From NCBI GenBank assembly GCA_015231995.1, contig JADGAO010000001.1, positions 1 to 52,612 of the forward strand: a DNA stretch of 52,612 bases. Direction: 5' to 3'. This DNA is from Nitrospinota bacterium. GTDB lineage: Bacteria > Nitrospinota_A > UBA7883 > JACRLM01. Each line of letters starts with the position of its first letter. Position 1 is the stretch's first letter. The notes below the pieces were generated by a model. It saw nothing but the letters and a program-made list of their open reading frames with translations. It made no database searches and had not been told where the DNA came from. The position numbers and the translations under genes are program-made. Shown piece by piece: positions 1 to 8,150 of this stretch.

Positions 1-56
1 GTGTTCAATCGTTGAGACGGGAAAATAAAATCATCGGTTTCGATAGACGATCCGCT

Positions 57-85
57 GTAGGGGCGACCCACCGGGTCGCCCCTAC
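57..85. repeat. GC-rich perfect palindromic hairpin (REP-like element or terminator of an off-window gene)
   Basis: 13-bp stem GTAGGGGCGACCC (57-69) / GGGTCGCCCCTAC (73-85) with a 3-nt loop. An A-run follows on the + strand, so it lacks a canonical U-tract for + transcription. The core GGGTCGCCC recurs at 2634-2642. Confidence 0.5.
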
Positions 86-432
86 AAAACAAGGATATAC
101 GTTTGGCGATGGGGTTCAACTTCGGAATTAGGGATTAACTATGTTATAAAAAATGTAAAAAGATACTTGACGTGTGCTGGGAATGGGAACAAGATTATAT
201 GAACAAAGTAAAATAACTTTGTCGGTGACTGGAGCTTAAACCCGATCACGGAGATTTAAGGTTATGCGTCCTCCAAGCCACACCGCTTGTTTGATAAGCC
301 GTTTTATTGGAATATCGCTTCTTGTCTTAACATTCTTCCTCACCGGTTCGCAAAACGCGATGGGCGTTGTAACGAATGTGATTACCGCTGATGGTTCGCA
401 CACCGTGTCTTTTGTAACTTTCTTAAGGAAAG

Positions 433-2559
433 GTGAGCAAAATGCGAAGATTATTATTTGGTTTTGCGATGTTGTTTTTGGTGGCAGGCGCCACGACTGC
501 CCAGGGTGTTGATAAGTGTGGTGACGTAGAATCACCGGGTAATCCTCAAGGCTGTTGCAACAATCTTACTGGTCAGTTTCCAGGCACCGACGGCAATTGC
601 ACATGGTGGGCTTGGGCGCAAGCAAAAACCAATTGGGGGATATCTTTGCCTATGCGGAAGCATGCCTCGACATGGGCAAACGAAGCGAAAAAGCCCGGCT
701 CCGGTTTGACCGTTTTATCCCCAACCAATCCTGCGGCAAACACTATCGCCGTAAAGCTTGTCGGTGATGGGTACCCAAGAGGGCATGTCGCATGGGTAAC
801 GAGTGTGGATGGCGACTCTGTTACATATTCGGAAATGAATTGCATAAAAGCCTTGCCTGGGAAGCCATTGCACAGAGGGGTAGAAGAAAAAACAAAACCA
901 TCCAGTTTTTTTACCGGGGGATTTATATATTTTCTGGAACTCAAAGATTTCTTGAAAACCCCCATGCCTGTATTCGCCGAAAAAGTCGATGGATTTGACG
1001 CCCAGTTCAAAATAAAAAATAACAGTTCTTCCAGCATAACAATCGAATCGAGAGCTATCGCGATAAATAAATCCAACGGAATCCATGCGTTCGATTGTTG
1101 GTTGGATTCGCAAAGCCATACCATTGCCGCAGGCGCAACTCTCGACTCTGGTGGCGCCCATGCCTGTACGATTAATTCTGTAGGGAACTACTTTGCGGTA
1201 GCCAAAGTTATGGTTAATGGCGCCTGGATGGATTTGGGATCGCTCGGTTTTGCTGTGACAGCTATCCCTTTTGAGCCTACTCACAACGTAAGTGGAACAA
1301 TCCGCGCCAACTCCAACAGCGGCCCGGTATTGCATGGCGTTACCGTTTATCTCGATGGGACTGCCAAGGCGACGACTGATGCCAGCGGAGCATATCGTAT
1401 TAACGATGTAAGCAAAGGTCGGCATACGCTCAAGTTCATGAAGGATGGGTTTGCCGATCGCTCTCAATCTATCAACGTGACAGGGAATCTGAGGGGGCAG
1501 AATTTCTATCTCTTATCAGCTCCAGTTCCGAAATTCACCTACTCTGGCTACATACATAATGGTAGTTTGACCGGCCCCGGATTGGGCGGAGCGACCGTAT
1601 CTCTCGCCGGGAAAACGGCGACAACGAGCTTTACTGGCTACTTCTCAATTCCTGAGATAACAAGAGGAACTTATCCCCTGAGCGTTTCCAAGTCCGGGTA
1701 TAATCCCAACCCTTTCACCACCTCGGTTCCCATCACTGGTGCTGTGACTAACGCCAATTGGTACCTTACGGCAATTCCAATTCCGAGATTCACTTATTCG
1801 GGCATTATCCATGATGGTAGTTTGACCGGCCCCGGATTGGCGGGAGCGACCGTATCTTTTGCCGGGAAAACGGCGACGACGAGCTCTACCGGCTACTTTT
1901 CAATCCCTGAGATACCAGGGGGAACTTATCCCCTGAGCGTTTCCAAGTCCGGGTATGACTCTATCCCCGCCCCCGGCTTTGCTCCTTTGGTTACAATCAA
2001 TTCCACTATAACTAACGCCAATTGGTGGTTGCCGCGCACAGTGGCGACATACAGCTTCTCTGGCTACATCCACGATGGCAGTTTGAGCGGCCCCGGGTTG
2101 GCGGGAGCAACCGTATCTCTCGCCGGGAAAACGGCGACGACGGACTATAGCGGTTGGTTCTCAATATCGGGCATATCGATAGGTAGTTATCCGTTGAGCG
2201 TTTCCAAGCCCGGGTATGACTCTATCCCCGCCCCAAGCTTTGCTCCCGTGATTCCCATTAATAGCAACCTGACGAACGCCAGCTATTGGCTACCGCGTCG
2301 GCGACCTATAGTCACATCGGTATCACCTTTGAGCGTAACATTAAATCTGTTAACCACGTTTACCGTTTACGGAACTGACCTTAGGGCGGGGATGGCATTT
2401 TACATACCAGATTGCGCGGGTGTTACGGACTTATCGGGCGGAACAAGTGTATGGTTATTTAGGTGCACCCCAAGCTACTCAAGAGGTTCAAAAACTGGCG
2501 TCATCAAAGACTCTGCTGGTGGAACAATATTGAAGAACTTCAGTGTTATGGTTAACTAG
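433..2559 (+). CDS. Secreted CHAP-domain peptidoglycan hydrolase with four CarboxypepD_reg-like beta-sandwich repeats and an IPT/TIG-like C-terminus
   Basis: 708-aa ORF. N-terminal signal peptide MRRLLFGFAMLFLVAGATTAQG. CHAP-like catalytic Cys/His context (GNCTWWAWAQAK ... GHVAWVTSVDGDSVTYSEMN). Repeated modules of the form GxIxxGSLTGPGLxGATVSLAGKTATT...G.YPLSVSK.GY. Confidence 0.8.
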   Translation: MSKMRRLLFGFAMLFLVAGATTAQGVDKCGDVESPGNPQGCCNNLTGQFPGTDGNCTWWAWAQAKTNWGISLPMRKHASTWANEAKKPGSGLTVLSPTNPAANTIAVKLVGDGYPRGHVAWVTSVDGDSVTYSEMNCIKALPGKPLHRGVEEKTKPSSFFTGGFIYFLELKDFLKTPMPVFAEKVDGFDAQFKIKNNSSSSITIESRAIAINKSNGIHAFDCWLDSQSHTIAAGATLDSGGAHACTINSVGNYFAVAKVMVNGAWMDLGSLGFAVTAIPFEPTHNVSGTIRANSNSGPVLHGVTVYLDGTAKATTDASGAYRINDVSKGRHTLKFMKDGFADRSQSINVTGNLRGQNFYLLSAPVPKFTYSGYIHNGSLTGPGLGGATVSLAGKTATTSFTGYFSIPEITRGTYPLSVSKSGYNPNPFTTSVPITGAVTNANWYLTAIPIPRFTYSGIIHDGSLTGPGLAGATVSFAGKTATTSSTGYFSIPEIPGGTYPLSVSKSGYDSIPAPGFAPLVTINSTITNANWWLPRTVATYSFSGYIHDGSLSGPGLAGATVSLAGKTATTDYSGWFSISGISIGSYPLSVSKPGYDSIPAPSFAPVIPINSNLTNASYWLPRRRPIVTSVSPLSVTLNLLTTFTVYGTDLRAGMAFYIPDCAGVTDLSGGTSVWLFRCTPSYSRGSKTGVIKDSAGGTILKNFSVMVN
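1534..2300 (+). repeat. Three near-identical tandem coding repeats (periods 255 and 261 bp) inside the CHAP gene
   Basis: Repeat units begin at 1534, 1789 and about 2050. Long identical DNA runs, e.g. ggtagtttgaccggccccggattgg...gggagcgaccgtatctct.gccgggaaaacggcgac. The protein units (FTYSGYIHNGSLTGPGL...) are about 85 aa each. Confidence 0.9.
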
Positions 2560-2593
2560 GATTTCTTCGCTTTTCATCCATACGCTCTATACT

Positions 2594-2622
2594 CTTAACG
2601 CCCCTATCGAAGGGGCGTTAAG
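2594..2622 (+). terminator. Strong hairpin just downstream of the CHAP gene (terminator-like, no U-tract)
   Basis: Perfect 12-bp stem CTTAACGCCCCT / AGGGGCGTTAAG with loop ATCGA, 35 nt after the stop at 2559. It is followed by AAGATG rather than a T-run, so intrinsic-terminator status is uncertain. Confidence 0.4.
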
Positions 2623-2651
2623 AAGATGCGGGCGGGTCGCCCGCGCTCCCA

Positions 2652-2662
2652 GGGGGGGGGGG
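2652..2662. repeat. Intergenic G11 homopolymer flanked by two short GC hairpins
   Basis: 11 consecutive G at 2652-2662. Hairpins GCGGGCG-ggt-CGCCCGC (2628-2644) and CGTGGTC-agc-GACCACG (2663-2679). Confidence 0.9.
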
Positions 2663-2805
2663 CGTGGTCAGCGACCACGGGGAAGCTAAAAATAGTTTTC
2701 ACCCGTCTAATTTCATGGTGACATTATTTGCCTCAACCAAAGTCTTTGCGCCTGGCAAGCAATTGTGGTAAATTCCTTCCCTCCAGCCAAAGACGTTAAT
2801 GAATT

Positions 2806-2907
2806 GGCGTCGGGTCTTACGCAATTGTTAACCGTGAACCCCGTCAGGCCCGGAAGGGAGCAGCGGCAACGGAGCTTTCAATGTGTGTGAATCGCCCGGC
2901 GCCTTTT
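2806..2907 (+). ncRNA. ffs: Small (4.5S-type) signal recognition particle RNA
   Basis: Contains the conserved SRP domain IV sequence GUCAGGCCCGGAAGGGAGCAGC (compare E. coli GUCAGGUCCGGAAGGAAGCAGC) with a GGAA tetraloop. The 5' end GGCGUCGGG (2806-2814) pairs with the 3' end CCCGGCGCC (2895-2903) to close a long hairpin of about 98 nt. A T7 run follows immediately (2904-2910). A possible promoter, TTGCGC-17nt-TGgTAAATT, lies at 2746-2774. Confidence 0.8.
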
Positions 2908-3084
2908 TTTGAAATGCGCGAAATCGTTTCACACCCCTCACCCGGTTATTCGCTATCGCTCATGGCTTTACCTTTCCCGCAAGGAGCGAGGATAAAGGCA
3001 GATAGGCCCGATAAACTTCTAAACATTTCGGAATGGAAAAGTTGGCATATCCTTCGACAATGAGTTAGAATGCCGGATGGTCTT

Positions 3085-3162
<78 letters not shown>

Positions 3163-3164
3163 TT

Positions 3165-3190
3165 AAATCAAGCAGTTGCAAGCTTGATTT
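3165..3190 (+). other. Hairpin immediately after the tRNA
   Basis: AAATCAAGC (3165-3173) / GCTTGATTT (3182-3190) form a 9-bp stem with an 8-nt loop. This could be a tRNA terminator or part of the att region. Confidence 0.4.
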
Positions 3191-3206
3191 CACCTCAAAA
3201 ACAGCG

Positions 3207-3256
3207 ACTGTCCACCAAACTGTCCACCTGCCACTGTCTTGAAGTGTCCTGTCCAC
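3207..3256. promoter_or_regulatory. Direct repeats ACTGTCCACC x2 plus CTGTCCAC: candidate integrase arm-type binding sites in attL
   Basis: ACTGTCCACC at 3207-3216 and 3219-3228 (12-bp phasing). A third CTGTCCAC lies at 3249-3256. All lie between the tRNA and the int stop codon. Confidence 0.45.
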
Positions 3257-3262
3257 TTAACA

Positions 3263-4390
3263 TCAACCTCTTTTGTCCAACAGCCCTACAACCTTTCTTT
3301 GCCGGTCAAGCGACGCATGGGTGTACTTCATCGTCATGCGAATGTCCCTGTGACCAGCGGCCTGCTGAATATCCGTAACCGTTGCTCCCCGTGCGGCGAG
3401 TTCGGAACAGAACCGATGCCGCAGATCGTGAGGTCTGGCGTTTTCGATTCCCGCTCTTTTGCACGCCCGCTTGAATATGGAATAGAAACCGCTTGCGCTG
3501 TACGGCTTGCCAAGACGGCTCATAAACACATATTCCGCCGACCGCATCGAAACCACGCTGGCGTTAGACCGCTTGGCCAATATATCGCGCAACATCGAGT
3601 AAACCGTATCGTTCATCGCCACGTCGTGCCGACGGCCATTTTTGTGATCGCCAGCGCCAATGGTGATGATCCGTTTATCCATGTCCACCTGATCCCACCG
3701 AAGGTTTATGAGATTGCTCTCTCTCAACCCCGTGTGAACGCCAAGCGTAACAATGGGCGCGACTTCATCCGGCAGGGCCATAAACAGGCGATTAAGCTCA
3801 TCATCGCTAAGATACCTATCCCTGCCCGGATTCGCGCTTGGTTTCTCGTATCTCGCAAACGGCGATTCCCGCAGATACCCCCACCGCTTGATGGCCAGGT
3901 TAAAGGCGTGGTCAAGCATGTTAAGCTCATGCCTAACGGTAGTGGCGCTGATCGGAGCGTCCCCCGTGCGCCGCTTATCCTTCCGCCTCGCGTCAGCGTA
4001 CTTGCTGAGGATTTCCGGATTAACCTCAGTAAGCTTCAACCCGCCCAATCTTACGATAAGGCTCCTGGCGAGATTCGCCTTGAAACCCAGCGTCTTCGGT
4101 CTGTTGGTTTCGGCTACGTATTCAACAAGGTATTTTTCCAAGAGAGCCTTAAGCGTTATGTTGGCTCCGCTTGGTTTTTCAAACCACCTCCCTTCACGAA
4201 GTTCCGTGGCGACCTTGTTTCGGATCGCCTCGGCTTCCCTGCGCTTCTCGGTTCTAGTTGAGAACGTGCTTTCCTTTCCATCCTTCCGGACAACAACAAA
4301 CCAATATCTGCTGTCCTTCCGGCGTTTGAGGAATACGGACGTGTTCATGATGGTTCCTTTCCATGAACGTCCGTTAGGCCGCAGGTTCAT
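3263..4390 (-). CDS. int: Tyrosine recombinase (phage integrase)
   Basis: 375-aa ORF. The C-terminal catalytic region is typical of this family: ...HDLRHRFCSELAARGATVTDIQQAAGHRDIRMTMKYTH (R..HxxR..Y signature). It has an N-terminal SAM-like/arm-binding region. An alternative start is M15 (MNTSVFLKRRKD), preceded by AAGGAA. Confidence 0.95.
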   Translation of the reverse strand: MNLRPNGRSWKGTIMNTSVFLKRRKDSRYWFVVVRKDGKESTFSTRTEKRREAEAIRNKVATELREGRWFEKPSGANITLKALLEKYLVEYVAETNRPKTLGFKANLARSLIVRLGGLKLTEVNPEILSKYADARRKDKRRTGDAPISATTVRHELNMLDHAFNLAIKRWGYLRESPFARYEKPSANPGRDRYLSDDELNRLFMALPDEVAPIVTLGVHTGLRESNLINLRWDQVDMDKRIITIGAGDHKNGRRHDVAMNDTVYSMLRDILAKRSNASVVSMRSAEYVFMSRLGKPYSASGFYSIFKRACKRAGIENARPHDLRHRFCSELAARGATVTDIQQAAGHRDIRMTMKYTHASLDRQRKVVGLLDKRG

Positions 4391-4701
4391 TATACATTGA
4401 GCCTTTCCAAAATAGCGTCCACGCGGCCAAGTTTTGGCGAAGCAGAATGCCTCTCCATGAACTCATCCAGCCATTCAAGCTTGAACCTGTATGCCCGCCC
4501 TGGACACGAGAACTTGATCTCACCGCTTTTCAGGTAGCGGTCAAAATTTCTTCGGGAAAATCCCAAGTATTGGGCGGCCTCCTCAAGGGTCATGTATCTA
4601 TCCGTAATTCTTTCCTGCTCCATATTTTCAATCTCCAGACTGCCTGGTTTAGAACCACCAACGGAAACCTTTGTCAGTTCAGCCGGTTCCCTCATGAACA
4701 A
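4390..4701 (-). CDS. xis: Excisionase / MerR-type HTH DNA-binding protein
   Basis: MTLEEAAQYLGFSRRNFDRYLKSGEIKFSCPGRAYRFKLEWLDEFMERH matches the helix-turn-helix_17/excisionase pattern. Its stop overlaps the int start by 1 nt (TAATG). The likely true start is the ATG at 4623 (MEQERI..., GGAG about 10 nt upstream), or M37. Confidence 0.8.
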   Translation of the reverse strand: MFMREPAELTKVSVGGSKPGSLEIENMEQERITDRYMTLEEAAQYLGFSRRNFDRYLKSGEIKFSCPGRAYRFKLEWLDEFMERHSASPKLGRVDAILERLNV

Positions 4702-4710
4702 ACGCCCGGT

Positions 4711-4990
4711 AATTCGCCAAATTCGCCGACAATTCGGGGACAGTTTTGTCGGCGAATTCTTTCGTTAGAAACAAAAGTAAAATCAAAGAAATATAAATAA
4801 AGAAATAAATTAGGGAAATTAGCCGACAGGGGTAGGGACAGTTTTCTCCCGTTCTTTTTTTCAAACCCTCTGTAGGGGTGCGTCGGCGAATTCGGCGAAT
4901 TACCTGAACGGACTCCCAAGGCGATATTATTCAGTTTGTTGCCCCTCTCAAAATCCGCCGACAAACGTGTCGGCGAATTGTCGGCGAATT
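4711..4990. repeat. Iteron-like field: 8 copies of (G)TCGGCGAATT in both orientations around an AT-rich tract
   Basis: Forward copies at 4748-4758, 4882-4892, 4892-4901, 4969-4979 and 4980-4990. Reverse copies at 4720-4730, 4711-4719 (imperfect) and 4952-4962 (1 mismatch). Perfect 13-bp inverted repeat AATTCGCCGACAA (4720-4732) / TTGTCGGCGAATT (4746-4758). An AT-rich stretch spans about 4765-4822. The field lies between the primase stop and the xis start. Confidence 0.85.
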
Positions 4991-5007
4991 TCCCGGATTT
5001 CTCGCGG

Positions 5008-7080
5008 TTAAACATTTTCGTCATCCTTCACCAGAAAGTAGCGAACCGTTTCCCGTCCTCTGGCCGGTTTGTGTTTTTCGATCCCGATCTCGCCGTTCCT
5101 GACGAGCCAGTTGATAAGCGAATCGAACGGCTTGTCTATAAGCCCACGTACCTGTTTCGCCAACTCCCGGTGAGTGACTGGCCTGCTGTGCTTCGCGGAA
5201 AGCTCGCCGATGGCTTTCTTGAGTTTCAACAGCCACGAGTCCATCTCGTTGGCAGAGACGTTGTTTTCGATCTGCCGAACCATGTTATTGACGGCGTGTT
5301 CGATGAACTCCATAGCCCATCGGACGTTCTCCACGTCCACCATCCCGCCGTTGATGAGCGCGTCCCCATGCTGGCTTACGGCGTGGATCAACGCCAGCTT
5401 GCTTGCGTGTTCGGCGGCGCGGTTGTATATGGCGGCCCGTCCGTCCGGCTCCTTGCGATAAATGATATGCAGTTCGTCCCACCGTTCCGCCCATGCGTTG
5501 AACATGGTCTCCGCGCCGGTTGTCTTGCTGATGACGAACGGCGCCGGGCGGAATATGTCTTCCCCTTTCATCGGCGGTGGCGTGATGCGGTACAGGGCGG
5601 ATAACTTTTCAACCAGAGAAGGCGGAATTTCCCTGTTGTGTATCCGGCGTTTCTTCACCGGCTCGTGGTCGCTTTCCAGAACGAGGCATCGGGCGATGAA
5701 CCCGTCCGTAACGTCGTTATGGGTGAGTTGATCCCAGAATCTCCCCGGAACCCCCGTCGCGTAAAACGAGAGATGATGCCACGCGATGATCCGGTCGTCT
5801 TCCTCTTTGGCGTAGCCTTTCTTGTGCGGGCGTTCCGTCCCGCTGAAAAGCGTCTTCAGTTCCTTTATAACCGATCCCATGTGCCGGTTGTACGGGTTCT
5901 TGAACTCCCGCAGGAAATCGCCGATTTCATCAAGAAGGAATAGCTGGCACGGATGACGGGCTAACCTCGATACAATGGCCGAATCCGACGAGAACTCATT
6001 CAACCCAAGATAATCTTCAGAGCCGGATTGGATGAACAGCGACGGAATCGCGTTAAGCGGCGCGTTTTTCCCCGTACCGGAATCGGCCAGAGCGATGATG
6101 TACATGTTGGTGCGAAGGCCAGTTTCCGTAATGACCTTCTGCCCAACCAATGTCCCCACGGCGCAAATGGCCGCTCCCAGGCTGAAATACTCAAACGACA
6201 CCGATGAGGAGTCCCGGACGTAATCCATAATCTCCTGAAGGATTCCACCAGGGCGGAGGATGGATTCCGGAACCGGATCGGATTCAACCGGCGCGGGGAT
6301 GTAAATATCGTTTATGGTATACCGTGGCAGTGAATTCTTTCTGGCGCATGTGGCGTAAACCGATTGAACCGTGCGTTCGATCTCGTTGAGGCCCAGCGGC
6401 GGTTTGCAATAGCTGTCGCTCCACGCTCTCGCCCTCTCTATCGCCCCGTTCAGCGGAACGCCTTCGTTTACCCAAATGCCGATAAAACTTGATAACGTCT
6501 GGTTGCGCTGTCCCTGGCTTACCGGTTTATCGAACGATACCTGCGATTGAGCGCCCGATAGATTCACGTTCAGGTTGCCGTTCCCGTTTGCGCGGGCTGT
6601 CGGTTCCCATTCCGTGAGTTCCTTCCATCCGTCGCCTATAAATATCCATTCGTACCGATGGCCGGATTTGTGGATCGAGGGGGGAACCACCACGTAACCG
6701 CCCTCACCCCGAACGTCCACCTCTGGCGCGAGCCTGGCGCGGTTTGGAACCAACGTGCCATTCGGGATGCGGTAGAAAGCGTGGACTCCTTTCCGGGTTT
6801 TGCTGTAAACGGATGTCTTTGGGGCGTTATCGGCTATCCACCGTTCCCCCTGTTTGCCGTCCGCATCCACTACGGCGATACCGGATATGGCGCCGGTGAC
6901 TATGGCCACGTTCGCTTCCGGCCATCGCTGGCGCCATGCGGATAGTTCGTCGTGGGTGGCGATGCGCTTTTGGAACTCCGCCCATTTGATGAGCGGCTTC
7001 TTGTCGCGGGAGACAGGGATGACGGAGAATCCCATTGTGGCGTATTCAACGGCGGCTTCGTGACAGTTCATCGTCATCAT
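5008..7080 (-). CDS. Bifunctional primase-polymerase (PrimPol N-terminal domain) fused to a DUF3987-type P-loop helicase
   Basis: 690 aa. The N-terminus FSVIPVSRDKKPLIKWAEFQ...VAIVTGAISGIAVVDADG...GGYVVVPPSIH fits the Prim-Pol motifs. The central region resembles a PriCT-like segment. Walker A is ALADSGTGKNAP, followed by LFLLDEIGD (Walker B). Confidence 0.85.
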   Translation of the reverse strand: MMTMNCHEAAVEYATMGFSVIPVSRDKKPLIKWAEFQKRIATHDELSAWRQRWPEANVAIVTGAISGIAVVDADGKQGERWIADNAPKTSVYSKTRKGVHAFYRIPNGTLVPNRARLAPEVDVRGEGGYVVVPPSIHKSGHRYEWIFIGDGWKELTEWEPTARANGNGNLNVNLSGAQSQVSFDKPVSQGQRNQTLSSFIGIWVNEGVPLNGAIERARAWSDSYCKPPLGLNEIERTVQSVYATCARKNSLPRYTINDIYIPAPVESDPVPESILRPGGILQEIMDYVRDSSSVSFEYFSLGAAICAVGTLVGQKVITETGLRTNMYIIALADSGTGKNAPLNAIPSLFIQSGSEDYLGLNEFSSDSAIVSRLARHPCQLFLLDEIGDFLREFKNPYNRHMGSVIKELKTLFSGTERPHKKGYAKEEDDRIIAWHHLSFYATGVPGRFWDQLTHNDVTDGFIARCLVLESDHEPVKKRRIHNREIPPSLVEKLSALYRITPPPMKGEDIFRPAPFVISKTTGAETMFNAWAERWDELHIIYRKEPDGRAAIYNRAAEHASKLALIHAVSQHGDALINGGMVDVENVRWAMEFIEHAVNNMVRQIENNVSANEMDSWLLKLKKAIGELSAKHSRPVTHRELAKQVRGLIDKPFDSLINWLVRNGEIGIEKHKPARGRETVRYFLVKDDENV

Positions 7081-8150
7081 GCCGCCTTTGGATAAACGGG
7101 CGTTATTTCAAGCGCCCTGCGTTCGGCTTCATATCTCGGCAATCCATCGTCCGCCTCGATGATTCCAGCCCGTTCTTCCCATCGCCAGACGTAATCTTCG
7201 ATAACGCCCGGATCGGCTCCCAGCTCTGCGAGAGTGTCGGCAATGGATTGTCCACCGTTCCACCATTGATACCGGGGATGCGAATCAAACGGCATCACCA
7301 GCGTTCCGTCTTCCTTTATGAATGGAGTCTTGACGAATAGCGCCAAACTCCAATCGTCGCACTTCCGGTCAAGATGATGAACGGGAAACGAGTGATTCCG
7401 ATGGGAGCAAATAGGGCTTAATCCATCCCACTTGAGCCACACGCAGTTTTTGCATTGGCCGACCGTCTGGATATGCTCCGTGGGATTCCAGCATAGAATG
7501 CGGTAATCGCAATACCGGCATTCCAGGCTATCTTGCGCGAACGCTTTCCCCGGAGCGTCATCCGCGATGATTATCCGGTAAGCCTTGCGCCTTAACTCCT
7601 CGAACTCATGCCGGTTGAAATGAATCCTCTCGCTGTAAATATCCGAATTGTCCTTGCAGTAAACTACGACGAGGGCGCGTTCCAGCCCGGCGTATCCCAT
7701 GTAACACTGAACCTGCGCCCAATAGACGGGGTATGTTTTTTGAACCCCGTCGCTTTTGAAATTGTCGAACTTCTTGCGGTTGGCGGACTTGATTTCGAGA
7801 ATGTGCGGGCGTTGTGTTATCCCATGAATCACGCCGTCGCAATGGCCGCGAAACAACCTATTGAAATCATCGAATGCAGTTTGTGTGGCTTCGATCCGGT
7901 AGCCGCTTTCCCGGAGATATTCGATCAAAATATCCTCGATCCTTTTCCCAAGCTCGAATATCATCAAGGCGCGTCCTTCCGGCGGAACCGGCGTGAACCC
8001 ACGGAACATATACCAAAGTTTCCGTTCACACGGATCACCAATGGAGGACATCCCCAGGTATCCCCGCGCTTCTTCGCGCCGTTTGGAGGCTGTCTCGAAT
8101 ATCTCGTTGGCGATGGTGTCCGGTTGAGGCAGACCAGCCATGACTACCAT
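7077..8150 (-). CDS. Cas4/RecB-family PD-(D/E)xK exonuclease with a 4-Cys cluster and a Cys/His-rich C-terminal extension
   Basis: 357 aa. First Cys at GDPCERKLWY. Nuclease motifs are HCDGVIHG ... ILEIKS ... QVQCYM (QxxxY). The C-x2-C-x5-C triad is CRYCDYRILC. About 130 extra C-terminal residues carry CKNC...CSH...H...C. The gene overlaps its neighbours by 4 and 7 nt. Confidence 0.75.
   Translation of the reverse strand: MVVMAGLPQPDTIANEIFETASKRREEARGYLGMSSIGDPCERKLWYMFRGFTPVPPEGRALMIFELGKRIEDILIEYLRESGYRIEATQTAFDDFNRLFRGHCDGVIHGITQRPHILEIKSANRKKFDNFKSDGVQKTYPVYWAQVQCYMGYAGLERALVVVYCKDNSDIYSERIHFNRHEFEELRRKAYRIIIADDAPGKAFAQDSLECRYCDYRILCWNPTEHIQTVGQCKNCVWLKWDGLSPICSHRNHSFPVHHLDRKCDDWSLALFVKTPFIKEDGTLVMPFDSHPRYQWWNGGQSIADTLAELGADPGVIEDYVWRWEERAGIIEADDGLPRYEAERRALEITPVYPKAA

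Noticed and set aside
160-200. Promoter for the CHAP gene (TTGACG at 166-171)
   Set aside because: No acceptable -10 hexamer lies at 16-19 nt spacing, and the site is more than 230 nt from the start codon. The support is too weak to report as a feature.
236-1467. ORFs 236..535 (-), 264..512 (+), 573..1124 (-), 715..1467 (-)
   Set aside because: They overlap or lie antisense to the CHAP-domain gene, which has a signal peptide and clear domain motifs. The alternatives have no recognisable features.
3239-4261. 340-aa ORF on the + strand
   Set aside because: It lies entirely antisense to the well-supported integrase gene. Its product is Arg/Pro-rich with no motifs. It is a typical shadow ORF of a moderately GC-rich gene.
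4711-4990. Possible CRISPR array
   Set aside because: The repeats are only 10-13 bp, occur in both orientations, and are irregularly spaced (some overlap). No cas genes are present. Iterons or operator sites fit better.
4679-5024. ORFs 4679..4864 and 4692..5024 (-) and 4936..5604 (+)
   Set aside because: They run through the iteron field and AT-rich tract. Their repeated SPNSPT/ANFP peptides are simply translations of the TCGGCGAATT repeats. They have no ribosome-binding sites and overlap the primase 3' end.
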